Origin: a virus
Taxonomy: Duplodnaviria > Caudoviricetes
DNA length: 56,132 bases
IMG/VR virus record: IMGVR_UViG_3300049491_000181
Location: 1-56,132 of that record
Direction: 5' to 3' (one strand)
Below, piece by piece: positions 35,779 through 45,168 of the stretch. The notes under the pieces are model-generated. The model had not been told where the DNA came from and ran no database searches. It saw nothing but the letters and a program-made list of their open reading frames with translations. A program made the position numbers and the translations under genes. Numbering within the stretch: the stretch's first letter is position 1; every line of letters starts with the position of its first letter.

Positions 35779-37167
35779 GTGTCACTCGCAGCCCCGGACA
35801 TCGCCGACCTTGCGCCAGTCAAGGCGAGGCAGCGCCTGTACCCGCTGCGTCAGCACGACGAACAGGATCGACTGCGGTACTCACCCAAGCGGTTTGCGGT
35901 GGTTCCTGCTGGGCGACGTTCGGGGAAGACCGAGCTAGCGAAGCGCAAGATCATCGTTTCGGCGTTGAATTCGTTCGGCTGGTCTGACGCCCGCTTTTTT
36001 GCTGCTGCGCCGACCAGGGATCAGGCAAAAACGATTTACTGGAACGACCTGAAGGCAATGCTGCCGAAGCGGCTCGTTGCGGACAAATCAGAGTCTGAGT
36101 TGAAGATCAGGTTGCGTAATGGACCTGAAATCTGCATTGTTGGGATGGATCGGCCGGAGCGCATGGAGGGTGCCCCGTGGAACGGCGGTGTGCTGGATGA
36201 ATTTGCGAACATGAAGCCTGGCGCGTGGGGCGAGAACGTGCGCCCGGCGTTGTCCGACCGCAAGGGCTGGTGCTGGTTGATCGGCGTGCCTGAAGGCCGC
36301 AATCATTACTACGATCTCTGGAAGTACGCGCGTAGCGGCACCGACCCGGACTGGGACGGGTTCACATGGCCAAGTGCTGACATCCTTGATCCTGCTGAAG
36401 TCGAGGCCGCGCGCCGCCAGCTTGACCCGTTGGTGTTCGAGCAGGAATATGAGGCCAGCTTTGTCAACTTTGAAGGCCGCACGTATTACCCGTTTCTGGA
36501 GCATACGCACGCCGTCAAGTCGCTGACGTACAACCGCAGCGCCGCACTTCACTTGTGCTTCGACTTCAACGTTGACCCCGGCGTGTGCGCCATCATCCAG
36601 GAACAGAATCTGCCGGGCCAGTACGAACGCGACGCCCGTGGATTGCTGAACGTGCAGCGCCCGCTGATCGGGTCGGCGGTCATCGGCGAGGTCTACATCC
36701 CTCGCAACTCCAACACGCCCGCAGTGTGCCGCAAGATCATCCAGGATTGGGGTGATCACCTCGGCCCTGTTCGTTGCTACGGTGACGCAACGGGAGGGGC
36801 ACGTGGCACAGCCAAGGTCGCCGGCAGCGATTGGGCACTCATCAAGGCGGCTTTGAAGCCGCATTTTCATGACCGCTTCTCCATTCGTGTGCCACGGGCC
36901 AACCCCGCAGAACGTGCCCGCATCAACGCCGTCAATACCCGATTGCTGACCGGCGACGGGTCGGTTCACCTGATGGTGGACCCCGCAAAGGCGCCGCACG
37001 TGGTCAAGGATTTCGAGGGCGTTCGCAACCTGAAGGGCGGCAGCGGCGAAATCGACAAGAAAGCCACACCAGAGCTGACGCACATCAGTGACGCCATTGG
37101 CTACTACATCGAACGCGAGTTTCCAGTGGTGAAACGCACAGGCACAATCGAGGACTTGATCGTATGA
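35779..37167 (+). CDS. terL: Terminase large subunit (462 aa)
   Basis: AGRRSGKT, APTRDQAK, VLDEF, F.QEYEASF, FDFNVDP, HISDAIGY. Confidence 0.95.
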   Translation: MSLAAPDIADLAPVKARQRLYPLRQHDEQDRLRYSPKRFAVVPAGRRSGKTELAKRKIIVSALNSFGWSDARFFAAAPTRDQAKTIYWNDLKAMLPKRLVADKSESELKIRLRNGPEICIVGMDRPERMEGAPWNGGVLDEFANMKPGAWGENVRPALSDRKGWCWLIGVPEGRNHYYDLWKYARSGTDPDWDGFTWPSADILDPAEVEAARRQLDPLVFEQEYEASFVNFEGRTYYPFLEHTHAVKSLTYNRSAALHLCFDFNVDPGVCAIIQEQNLPGQYERDARGLLNVQRPLIGSAVIGEVYIPRNSNTPAVCRKIIQDWGDHLGPVRCYGDATGGARGTAKVAGSDWALIKAALKPHFHDRFSIRVPRANPAERARINAVNTRLLTGDGSVHLMVDPAKAPHVVKDFEGVRNLKGGSGEIDKKATPELTHISDAIGYYIEREFPVVKRTGTIEDLIV

Positions 37168-39089
37168 GCACAGTTGCCGACAAGTCCGCAGCCGTCAAGG
37201 CGATGTGCCAGGATTGGGACTTGGCCGAAGCGCTGCTCGGCGGAACTAAGACCATGCGCCTTGCGGCAGAGTTGTATTTGCCGAAGTGGCCGAAGGAAAC
37301 GCAAGAGGCTTACAACATCCGCTTGTCGGTGGCGGTTCTGTTCCCGGCGTATCTGCGCACGGTCGGCACACTGGCCGCCAAACCGTTCAGCAAGCCGCTG
37401 ACGGTGAACAAGGATGTGCCTGCCTCAATTCAGACTTGGCTGAAGGACATCGACCTTCAGGGGCGGGATGTCAACGCGTTCAGCTCTGATGTGCTTGAGA
37501 AGGCACTAGGCTACGGCCTGGCAGGCATCCTCATTGAATACCCGGTGAAGGGCGCGGCCGTGCGCACGCAGGCGCAGGAACAGGCGGCCGGCCTCCGACC
37601 CTATTGGGTCGAAATCAATGCCAAGCAGCTGTTGGGCTGGCGTGCTGAGCGTGTTGGTGGCGTCTGGCAAGTCATGCAGCTGCGCTTCATGGAATGTGTG
37701 GAGGAGGCTGATGGTCCTTATGGATCGAAGACGGTCGATCAGGTGCGCGTGCTGGAGCCGGGGAAGTGGGAGATTCACCGCAAGGGTGACAAGGGCGATT
37801 GGGTGCTCCACGATCAAGGCATCACCACACTCAAGCAGGTGCCGTTTGTCCCGATCTATGCCGGGCGCTACGGGTACATGGTCGCTCGGCCTCCACTGCT
37901 TGAGGTGGCGCACCTGAACGTGGCCCATTGGCAGTGCGCCAGTGACCAGCAAACCATTCTCCACGTCGCCCGTGTTCCGATCCTGTGCGCTACGGGCGTC
38001 GAGGACGACAAATTCAGCCTCGAAATCGGTGCCGGTGCGGCAGTCAAGTTGCCAGAAGGCGCAGATTTGAAGTTTGTCGAGCATTCGGGTGCGGCCATTG
38101 GCGCCGGTGTCGTGGAACTTGACAAGCTGGAAGAGCGGATGCGCCAAGCCGGTGCCGAATTGTTGGTGCTGGCGCCTGGGAGGATCACGGCGACGCAAGT
38201 CATGACCGAAAATGCGGTCGGCCTGTCCCTACTCCAGCGAATCACACTAACATTCCAGGACGCGCTGAATCAGTGTTTGGCGATCACCGCCAAATGGGTC
38301 GGTGAAGCGAACGGCGGCACGGTCACCCTGTTCAACGACTACGGCGTGGCGACACTTCAAGAGGCCAGTGCGCAACTCCTGCTCGAAACCAACCGTGCCG
38401 GTAAGTTGTCCGACGAAACGCTGCACAGTGAGTTCCAACGCCGCGGAATCCTGGCCGCAGAGGTGTCATGGGAGGTCGAGAAAGATCGACTTGAGGTTCA
38501 GGGCCCAGACCTTGCGACGATGGTACCGCAGCAAGGCGGTTTGCCGGCTCGTGGGGCGCCGCAAATCGCTGGCACGCCCACTGACCCTGCCCAGCCTCCG
38601 GCGACGCCCCCAGCGCCCGCATTTCCGGTTGCCCTGGCACCGTCGCCGTCGCCGTTCACACCCATTACGCCGATTGCGCCGCAACCCGGATCACCGGTTG
38701 ACGATCCCGCCCCGGCGTTCGACGTTGAAGCCTTTGCCGCCGCCATGTCAGCCGCGCTCAGCCAGTTGGTTATTCCTGCACCAATCGTGAACGTCGCCGC
38801 ACCAACGATGCCCGATGTCGTGGTGAACGTGGCCCCGGCAGCTGTTACCGTCAACGTTCCCGAGCAGCCCCCGGCGCAAGTCACGGTCCACACCGCCCCG
38901 ATCACGGTCGAGGGTGCGCAGATCACGGTCGAGGGCGCATTGCCCGCTGCCGCCCCGGTCGTGAACGTGGCCCCGGCCGCGATCACCGTCAACACCCCTC
39001 CCGTCTCCGTCACCATTGAGAAGGGGCCGACTGGCGCCAATTTCATCGAAAACGACGATGGGGACATCACCGGAATCAAACTCAACTGA
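37164..39089 (+). CDS. Portal protein (DUF4055-like) with Pro/Ala/Val-rich C-terminal extension (641 aa)
   Basis: LLGGTKTMR...YLPKWPKE, PPLL.VAHLN.AHW, LHVARVP; follows terL. Confidence 0.9.
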   Translation: MSTVADKSAAVKAMCQDWDLAEALLGGTKTMRLAAELYLPKWPKETQEAYNIRLSVAVLFPAYLRTVGTLAAKPFSKPLTVNKDVPASIQTWLKDIDLQGRDVNAFSSDVLEKALGYGLAGILIEYPVKGAAVRTQAQEQAAGLRPYWVEINAKQLLGWRAERVGGVWQVMQLRFMECVEEADGPYGSKTVDQVRVLEPGKWEIHRKGDKGDWVLHDQGITTLKQVPFVPIYAGRYGYMVARPPLLEVAHLNVAHWQCASDQQTILHVARVPILCATGVEDDKFSLEIGAGAAVKLPEGADLKFVEHSGAAIGAGVVELDKLEERMRQAGAELLVLAPGRITATQVMTENAVGLSLLQRITLTFQDALNQCLAITAKWVGEANGGTVTLFNDYGVATLQEASAQLLLETNRAGKLSDETLHSEFQRRGILAAEVSWEVEKDRLEVQGPDLATMVPQQGGLPARGAPQIAGTPTDPAQPPATPPAPAFPVALAPSPSPFTPITPIAPQPGSPVDDPAPAFDVEAFAAAMSAALSQLVIPAPIVNVAAPTMPDVVVNVAPAAVTVNVPEQPPAQVTVHTAPITVEGAQITVEGALPAAAPVVNVAPAAITVNTPPVSVTIEKGPTGANFIENDDGDITGIKLN

Positions 39090-39100
39090 AAGGACGAAAG

Positions 39101-39355
39101 ATGAACAACTCTCAAATCGAAAGCACACTGACCCGGATTGACGCTGCTGTCGTCAAGATCGGCGTTCAACAGGATGGCCTCATCGCAAAAGCCGCATCGC
39201 AGGACGCCAAGATCGCATCGCAGGATTCACGAATCACCGTGCTGGAGGGGCAAGTACTGAGCGCCAACGCGACCTCGCCGGAGAATGACGCGCTTTTGAT
39301 GGCCTTGGTCGCGAAGGTCGAGTCCATCGCCGCGAAAGTGCCGCCCGCGGCCTGA
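39101..39355 (+). CDS. Coiled-coil protein (84 aa)
   Basis: AAGGA RBS; IASQD heptads. Confidence 0.65.
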   Translation: MNNSQIESTLTRIDAAVVKIGVQQDGLIAKAASQDAKIASQDSRITVLEGQVLSANATSPENDALLMALVAKVESIAAKVPPAA

Positions 39356-39357
39356 AC

Positions 39358-41100
39358 GTGGATAAGGTCGCATTCTGGGAGGGGTGCTTGAGGGCGATGG
39401 TCGCCCTTGAAGACATTGACCGTGATCGCGACTTGTTGCTGGCGAAGCTCGGGGCTGGCGAAGCGTTCACGTGGATCGGCCCGGACGTGATTGCGACTTC
39501 TCCAGGATCGGCGGTCACGCTGGCCACCGGCTTGCCTGCTGGGGCCTTGTGCTCCGCGACTCCAACACTGCTGCCTGGGCAGGCGCTGCAGGTCAGTGGA
39601 ACCACGCTACAACTGGTCAGCGGCTCAACAACGCCTCTTGTGGACGGGTCCACGCCAGGCAGTTACCTCGACACCGTCAGCGCCCGCGACATCGTCATTG
39701 AGGTAATGGATTCGGTGGTGTCGCCGATGATTCGGCGCGTCACGGCTGGCCGGTATAAGGAATACCCATCAGACGGCGATTATTCACACTACGCCTACCC
39801 CGGACGCTGGAACACGCTATTGCGTGAAGCCATAGCGGGCGATGAGTTTGAAGTAGCGCCCGGTTGCATTCATGCCATCGCGCAAGACTTCCAGAATCAG
39901 ACGATGAACAGCGTCAATGATGGCGGACTGTTGACGATTGACACACCCATAGGGGCCATTCGCAACATGCCAGGGCGAGGTCGGTGGTCGCTTTACCCAG
40001 GAACTGAAGTCAACACCGATGTAACCCGCAGCGCCAGCGGTATTCTGCTGATTGAGCCAGAAATTATTGGTGGTCGGGCCAATTTGACTATCGAAGGGTT
40101 CGAGTTCGATAACTGGTCACAAAGCGGGTTCGGCGTGCGGGTCAGGGAGAACTACACCTCTACCAGTTCATGGACGGACTATCACCAGAGTCTGACGCTG
40201 CGCAATTTCAAGATCGGCAAGGCCCCTTGGTATCGGTCGGCCAGCGGCCTGAGCGGCAAGGTCGAGACTTGGAATGTCGAGAACGGGCACGTCTACGACA
40301 CCGGCGCCGTCTACAGCGGTGGATCGTCGGGCCACAACGCCTACATCGAGGGGCGCGTGTTGAATATGTTCGGCATGCTCATGGAGCGCACACGCAGGCG
40401 CACCCCTGACGGCACCAAGAAAATAGACGGGCACATTCTGAAGTTGACCTTCAATCACATGCTCGTCGAGGGCAACGCGATAGTAGGCACGCCAGCAGCC
40501 GACAACACCTGCAACATCCAGTGCAAGGGCGGCGGCAATCTAGTCGTTCGCGGCAACCTGATCATCCACCCGCCGAAATATTACGATGTGGATTCCGGCC
40601 CAAATCAGGGCAGCGGGTTAATTAGGTATGTGCGGGAAACGCCAGGGGTAAACGATGGCGGTTGGAAATATGGGCTTGCTGGCCACTCTCTGCTGGTGGA
40701 GAAAAACCTTTTCATCAGCCACTACCCGTATGAGGCCGGCAATAACGAAGAGCCGCTGGTGAGCTTCATTCAAGAGGGGCACCCCTTGGATGCCGATACA
40801 CACCCGGTGCTGGGCATGACTTCCTGCGTCATCCGCGACAACATCGGTATGGCGCAGTACCCGTCCGCTGGGTGGGTCCGCACCCCACCAGCAGTGTTCG
40901 GCGGCGGGACGTGGGCGAGCAACGGAAATATCGTGCTGCCCTATGACGCGAACGAAGCGGCGTTTGAAGATCGTTTGCTGCGCCACTACACCACGGCCAC
41001 GAAATACGGCGACGCTGTGGGCGGTTCAATCGCCACCAAGCGATTTGTCTGGCCGCACGGCCACATGAGCCGCACAGACGCCTTGCGAGGTCTCGGGTGA
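39358..41100 (+). CDS. Putative right-handed beta-helix (pectin-lyase-like) protein (580 aa)
   Basis: Stacked strands NLTIEGFEF, LTLRNFKI, GHNAYIEG, MLVEGNAI, LVVRGNLI, LLVEKNLF. Confidence 0.6.
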   Translation: MDKVAFWEGCLRAMVALEDIDRDRDLLLAKLGAGEAFTWIGPDVIATSPGSAVTLATGLPAGALCSATPTLLPGQALQVSGTTLQLVSGSTTPLVDGSTPGSYLDTVSARDIVIEVMDSVVSPMIRRVTAGRYKEYPSDGDYSHYAYPGRWNTLLREAIAGDEFEVAPGCIHAIAQDFQNQTMNSVNDGGLLTIDTPIGAIRNMPGRGRWSLYPGTEVNTDVTRSASGILLIEPEIIGGRANLTIEGFEFDNWSQSGFGVRVRENYTSTSSWTDYHQSLTLRNFKIGKAPWYRSASGLSGKVETWNVENGHVYDTGAVYSGGSSGHNAYIEGRVLNMFGMLMERTRRRTPDGTKKIDGHILKLTFNHMLVEGNAIVGTPAADNTCNIQCKGGGNLVVRGNLIIHPPKYYDVDSGPNQGSGLIRYVRETPGVNDGGWKYGLAGHSLLVEKNLFISHYPYEAGNNEEPLVSFIQEGHPLDADTHPVLGMTSCVIRDNIGMAQYPSAGWVRTPPAVFGGGTWASNGNIVLPYDANEAAFEDRLLRHYTTATKYGDAVGGSIATKRFVWPHGHMSRTDALRGLG

Positions 41101-42263
41101 CGCAGCACACACGCACGATCACGCGCCAAGTCGTTCGCGCGCCTGCTGCTGCCCTGCCGGCGTGGCTGAGTGCGGTTCCTTTGCATACGTGGCATATCGT
41201 GCCGAACTCGTCACTCGCTACGTACAAGCACCCCAGCGGGGAGGTCTGCCACGAAGGGATTCTGGAGTATTCGGGATTCCACATAAAGCCCGGCACAAGC
41301 GTTGCCGTATTTCATGGTGGCGGGCACACAAGTTCTTCAGACAATTCGCTCATCGGCATTGATCTGGCGGCAGACGTGCCCAACCTGTTCACCATTGTCG
41401 AGCCTACCCCGACACCACAAAGAACCGTGGGCGCCGGAGAAGCGATTATGTGGTGGGGCACCCCGCCAAATCAAAAGCCAAACAGCCCGCATTCATACGA
41501 CACTGGCCTTTTCTCGGTAGCGTTGAATCGCCATATATGGTTTGGGCATCCTTCGCCGTGGCCGTATGGCGGCGGATTATCGGGGCCGGAAGATGATCGC
41601 TTGTTCTCGGTGAACGCCGCGACAGGTGCGTGGGATCAACCCGGTGCAGACCTGGGGGCGTTACCCGTTGGAGGTAGGGGCAGGGGATGCACGCAAGATG
41701 CAGCCGGCAACCTCTACGTCAATGGCAATGCGGGAAAGATCTTCAAGTACACACCCGGTAGTGGGTTTGGATCGACGCACTTCGCATATGACCCCGGCAT
41801 GACTAATGACGGATACGACATTCTTTGCTATGACTCACTCCGAAACAGAATCATCAGCGTCGGGGACCGTGCCACAGCTAATAAGTGGTGGACGATTTCT
41901 TGCGCCACAGGGGCAACCGCTAACGTAACGTCATTGCTAAACGGCAACAACACAGTTCTGGCGAATTTGGATGCGGCCATCGTCTACACGCTGCCGGCCA
42001 GCCTTACCTACGACTCGGTGAACGACTGCTATTCAATTTCGCGAGGCAATGGACCGGGATATTTCAATATCAACCCGACAACTTGGGCAGTTACCTATAT
42101 GTCGCCTTCGACAACTTCAGGAACCCTTCCCGGTTCCGTTTATGCGGAGATGGACGGCCGGTTCAAGTACGTGCCGGCGCTGAAGGGCATTTTGTGCGTG
42201 CCCAACACGGCATTCGGTGGCGCGGGCGAAAAGCGGATGTGGTTCATTCGGACGGCGGCATGA
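41097..42263 (+). CDS. Putative beta-propeller protein, paralog A (388 aa)
   Basis: GGGH, HSYD, YDSLRNR, INPTTW, GRFKYVPAL motifs. Confidence 0.65.
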   Translation: MTQHTRTITRQVVRAPAAALPAWLSAVPLHTWHIVPNSSLATYKHPSGEVCHEGILEYSGFHIKPGTSVAVFHGGGHTSSSDNSLIGIDLAADVPNLFTIVEPTPTPQRTVGAGEAIMWWGTPPNQKPNSPHSYDTGLFSVALNRHIWFGHPSPWPYGGGLSGPEDDRLFSVNAATGAWDQPGADLGALPVGGRGRGCTQDAAGNLYVNGNAGKIFKYTPGSGFGSTHFAYDPGMTNDGYDILCYDSLRNRIISVGDRATANKWWTISCATGATANVTSLLNGNNTVLANLDAAIVYTLPASLTYDSVNDCYSISRGNGPGYFNINPTTWAVTYMSPSTTSGTLPGSVYAEMDGRFKYVPALKGILCVPNTAFGGAGEKRMWFIRTAA

Positions 42264-42264
42264 A

Positions 42265-43395
42265 ATGACTCAGTACACACGCACCATCACGCGCCAAGTC
42301 GTTGGTGCGTCTGCATCGCTTCCTGCATGGCTGAGTGGAGTTCCCCTGAATACGTGGACGCCGGTTCCTAATTCCAAGCTTCAAGAGTTTGTGCATCCTG
42401 ATGGGGTTCCGTGTGCTGCCTCCCTGATTTACTCGGGCATGCACATAAAAACAGGCACAAGCATTTTTGCATTCCGCGGCGGCGGGCACTTCGGCGGCTC
42501 AGACAACAGCGTCGTGGGCATTGACCTTGCAGCAGACGTGCCGAGGTTTTTCGACATTTCTGAGCCTAGCCCGTTGGTAGAAAGACTGAACACACACCCG
42601 GCCACGTTGTGGTGGGGCACTCCACCGAATCAAAAACCAAACACCGCTCACACCTATGACAGCGCGCTTTTCTCTGCCGCGTTGAATAGCCATATCTGGT
42701 TTGGACTGTCGTCTCCGCATGCGGAGGGCGCAAGCCAGGCGGGTAGCCATTACATTTTCTCTCTGAACGCCGCAACTGGTAAATGGGTTCAACCAGGATC
42801 GCAGATAGCTTTGCCGGATCAAAACTGCGGCAAGGCGTGCGCGCAAGATACGGCGGGGAATATGTATATCATTGGCGTAGACATGATATACAAATACACC
42901 CTAGGCGTAGGGTGGTCACAGCTAGTGCGTAACCCGGCGCTGGCCCATGACGGCTTCAGTCAATTGGTGTATGACTCGCTCAGAAACAGACTGATCAGGA
43001 TCGGTGACAGCGCCACCGCTACAAAGTGGTGGACGATTGATTGCGTCACCGGGGAACTCAATAATGTATCGTCACAGTTGAATGGTGACAGCACAGTTCT
43101 GGCGAATCTGGATGCCGCAGTGGTATATACGTTGATGATCGGCGCGACCTATGATCCGTTGAACGACCGTTATTCAATGTCTAGAGGCACTGGCGGCGGG
43201 TATTTCAACATCAACCCGACAACGTGGGCAGTGACCTATACGGAGCCCCCGACAACGTCCGGCGTCGTTGCTCCGGCGCATTATGGCGAGGTAGACGGTC
43301 GATTCAAGTATGTGCCGGCGCTGCGTGGGATTTTGCTGGCACCTAATAGCGGCTGGCCAAACTTCCCAAGTATGTGGTTCATTCGGACGGCATAA
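42265..43395 (+). CDS. Putative beta-propeller protein, paralog B (376 aa)
   Basis: Collinear with paralog A from MTQxTRTITRQVV to MWFIRTA. Confidence 0.65.
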   Translation: MTQYTRTITRQVVGASASLPAWLSGVPLNTWTPVPNSKLQEFVHPDGVPCAASLIYSGMHIKTGTSIFAFRGGGHFGGSDNSVVGIDLAADVPRFFDISEPSPLVERLNTHPATLWWGTPPNQKPNTAHTYDSALFSAALNSHIWFGLSSPHAEGASQAGSHYIFSLNAATGKWVQPGSQIALPDQNCGKACAQDTAGNMYIIGVDMIYKYTLGVGWSQLVRNPALAHDGFSQLVYDSLRNRLIRIGDSATATKWWTIDCVTGELNNVSSQLNGDSTVLANLDAAVVYTLMIGATYDPLNDRYSMSRGTGGGYFNINPTTWAVTYTEPPTTSGVVAPAHYGEVDGRFKYVPALRGILLAPNSGWPNFPSMWFIRTA

Positions 43396-43427
43396 AGCAG
43401 TTTACGCAACTCGAAGGAGATATTATT

Positions 43428-43925
43428 TTGAGCCTATCACCCGCCCAACTACAAACACTGAAGGCCGCAATCGCTGCCGAAACGGACCCCGCCTTCGTCG
43501 GCTACCGCACGAACGGTCAGACCACGCTGATGGCGAGCTTCTACAACACGGCGCATCCATCGTTTGTGGTCTTCAAGTCCAGCGAGACGGTGGCCAATGT
43601 TGGGCTGGCCGTGAACTACGTTGCTTTCGAGGCATTGACCACGGCGAACCTCGAAAAGATCAACACGTTCACCCGTCTCAATATGGTCGCGTTCGATCCG
43701 TCGAAGTCCGACATTCGCAGCTTCTGGGCAAACGTCTTCAGTGGTGCCCTCGGCGGCTTTGGCCAGGCAACGCGCGATGCCTTCGACGCTCTGTGGCGCC
43801 GCTTCGCAACGCGCGGCGAACGTCTCTACGCCACTGGCACGGGCACGACCGTGGCGCCTGGGGTGCTGGTGTTTCAAGGCGCCATAACCGACACCGACAT
43901 CAGCCAGGCCATCAACCTGCCGTAA
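43428..43925 (+). CDS. Putative virion protein (165 aa, TTG start)
   Basis: AAGGAG RBS; LSPAQLQTLKAAI.A...RFATRGERLYATGTGT. Confidence 0.65.
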   Translation: MSLSPAQLQTLKAAIAAETDPAFVGYRTNGQTTLMASFYNTAHPSFVVFKSSETVANVGLAVNYVAFEALTTANLEKINTFTRLNMVAFDPSKSDIRSFWANVFSGALGGFGQATRDAFDALWRRFATRGERLYATGTGTTVAPGVLVFQGAITDTDISQAINLP

Positions 43926-43931
43926 CGCATC

Positions 43932-44405
43932 ATGACTACGCTCAAACTATCAGGCTATTTGGCGTCGGCCGTTGCTGTCGTCTTCAGTGGCACACAGCAG
44001 CTGACATCGTTGACGGATAACGAATGGACGAATCTGTCGGATGAGATCGACAACTCTACCAACAAATACGCCTTCGCCGACTTGGACCTGATTCTTGGGT
44101 CTGCTGCGTTTACTGGAACTGACGCAGGCATCGAGGTCTACATCATCCCCACTGTGGACGGCAGCACGTACCCAGATTGGACCGGCAACACGACCAGCGA
44201 CGCGCCTGAGCAGGGTCACTACTTCGTGGCCTTCTTGCCGTTGACGGCATCGACCGCCGCGCGGCGTGTCGTGTCGAGTAGTCAGGCTGCGATTGAGCTG
44301 CCCAGCGGCAAGTTCAAGTTTGGTGTGCGCTCGCGCGCCAATGTGACGCTGGCAAGCAGCGGTAACACGCTGTACTACCGGCCGCATAGCTATGACGCAG
44401 TTTAG
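43932..44405 (+). CDS. Putative virion beta-sandwich protein (157 aa)
   Basis: IDNSTNKY.FADL, DGSTYPD, TLASSGNTL. Confidence 0.65.
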   Translation: MTTLKLSGYLASAVAVVFSGTQQLTSLTDNEWTNLSDEIDNSTNKYAFADLDLILGSAAFTGTDAGIEVYIIPTVDGSTYPDWTGNTTSDAPEQGHYFVAFLPLTASTAARRVVSSSQAAIELPSGKFKFGVRSRANVTLASSGNTLYYRPHSYDAV

Positions 44406-45162
44406 GCGTCCGTGGACGCGCCAGCCGCCCCGGCTGTGCCCGGCTCCAGGATGGGACATCGCATGGCTCGGCAGCGACCCAACCGCGCAGGGGTGGGTGC
44501 GTTCGGAATCCCCAACCACTCGCGCCGACCCGCACGGGACCAGTTCTCAATTCACCGGCTCGACATCGCAAGCCTACTCGCGTGGCGGGGTCCCCACCGC
44601 GGCAAAAACTGAGATAACCTTTCTTGCCGTCCTCAACTGGAACGGTGACACCAGCGGCACCAACGGCGTAATAGCGACATCCAGCATCAACAGCGGATTC
44701 ATTTTCTACATAAGCAACGGAATAACGCAGTTGACGAAGGGCGGGATCGCCAATCTGCTTGGCTACCAAACGCTCACTGCCGGCATCCCCTATGTTTTGC
44801 TGGTGACGCACAGCCAAGTAACCGGGCTTGTGCGGTATTACACAAAGCCCATTTGGTACGGTGCGCCTGTAGTGTCTGGCGCTGGTTGGGACGATTCCAG
44901 CGCGAGCACTGGTGGCGACGGCATCGGGATGGTTGGGCATTTCCGCCCTGTCGATTTGGTGCGCTCGTTCGGTGGGTCGATCTACATGGCCGCTGCCGCG
45001 TTCCGGTACACGGAGCCGACCGACGCCATGCGGCTCCTCTACAACCCGTGGCAGATTTTCGAACCACGCACGATCATGGTTCCAGACGCTGCTGCTGGCG
45101 CCGCATTCAAAGCCGCTTGGGCGCGTCAGCGCAGTTCAGTAATCGGAGCCGGTCGCCGGTAA
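44392..45162 (+). CDS. Concanavalin A/LamG-like lectin-fold protein (256 aa)
   Basis: ITFLAVL, FGGSIYMAA, LLYNPWQIF; C-terminal FKAAWARQRS. Confidence 0.55.
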   Translation: MTQFRRPWTRQPPRLCPAPGWDIAWLGSDPTAQGWVRSESPTTRADPHGTSSQFTGSTSQAYSRGGVPTAAKTEITFLAVLNWNGDTSGTNGVIATSSINSGFIFYISNGITQLTKGGIANLLGYQTLTAGIPYVLLVTHSQVTGLVRYYTKPIWYGAPVVSGAGWDDSSASTGGDGIGMVGHFRPVDLVRSFGGSIYMAAAAFRYTEPTDAMRLLYNPWQIFEPRTIMVPDAAAGAAFKAAWARQRSSVIGAGRR

Positions 45163-45168
45163 ACCACC

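Noticed and set aside
34901-35938. 345-aa plus-strand ORF
   Set aside because: Runs through the palindromic non-coding region and out of frame over terS; composition is not protein-like
41097-43395. Paralog pair as a diversity-generating retroelement TR/VR
   Set aside because: No reverse transcriptase seen; both copies are full ORFs and differences are not adenine-specific
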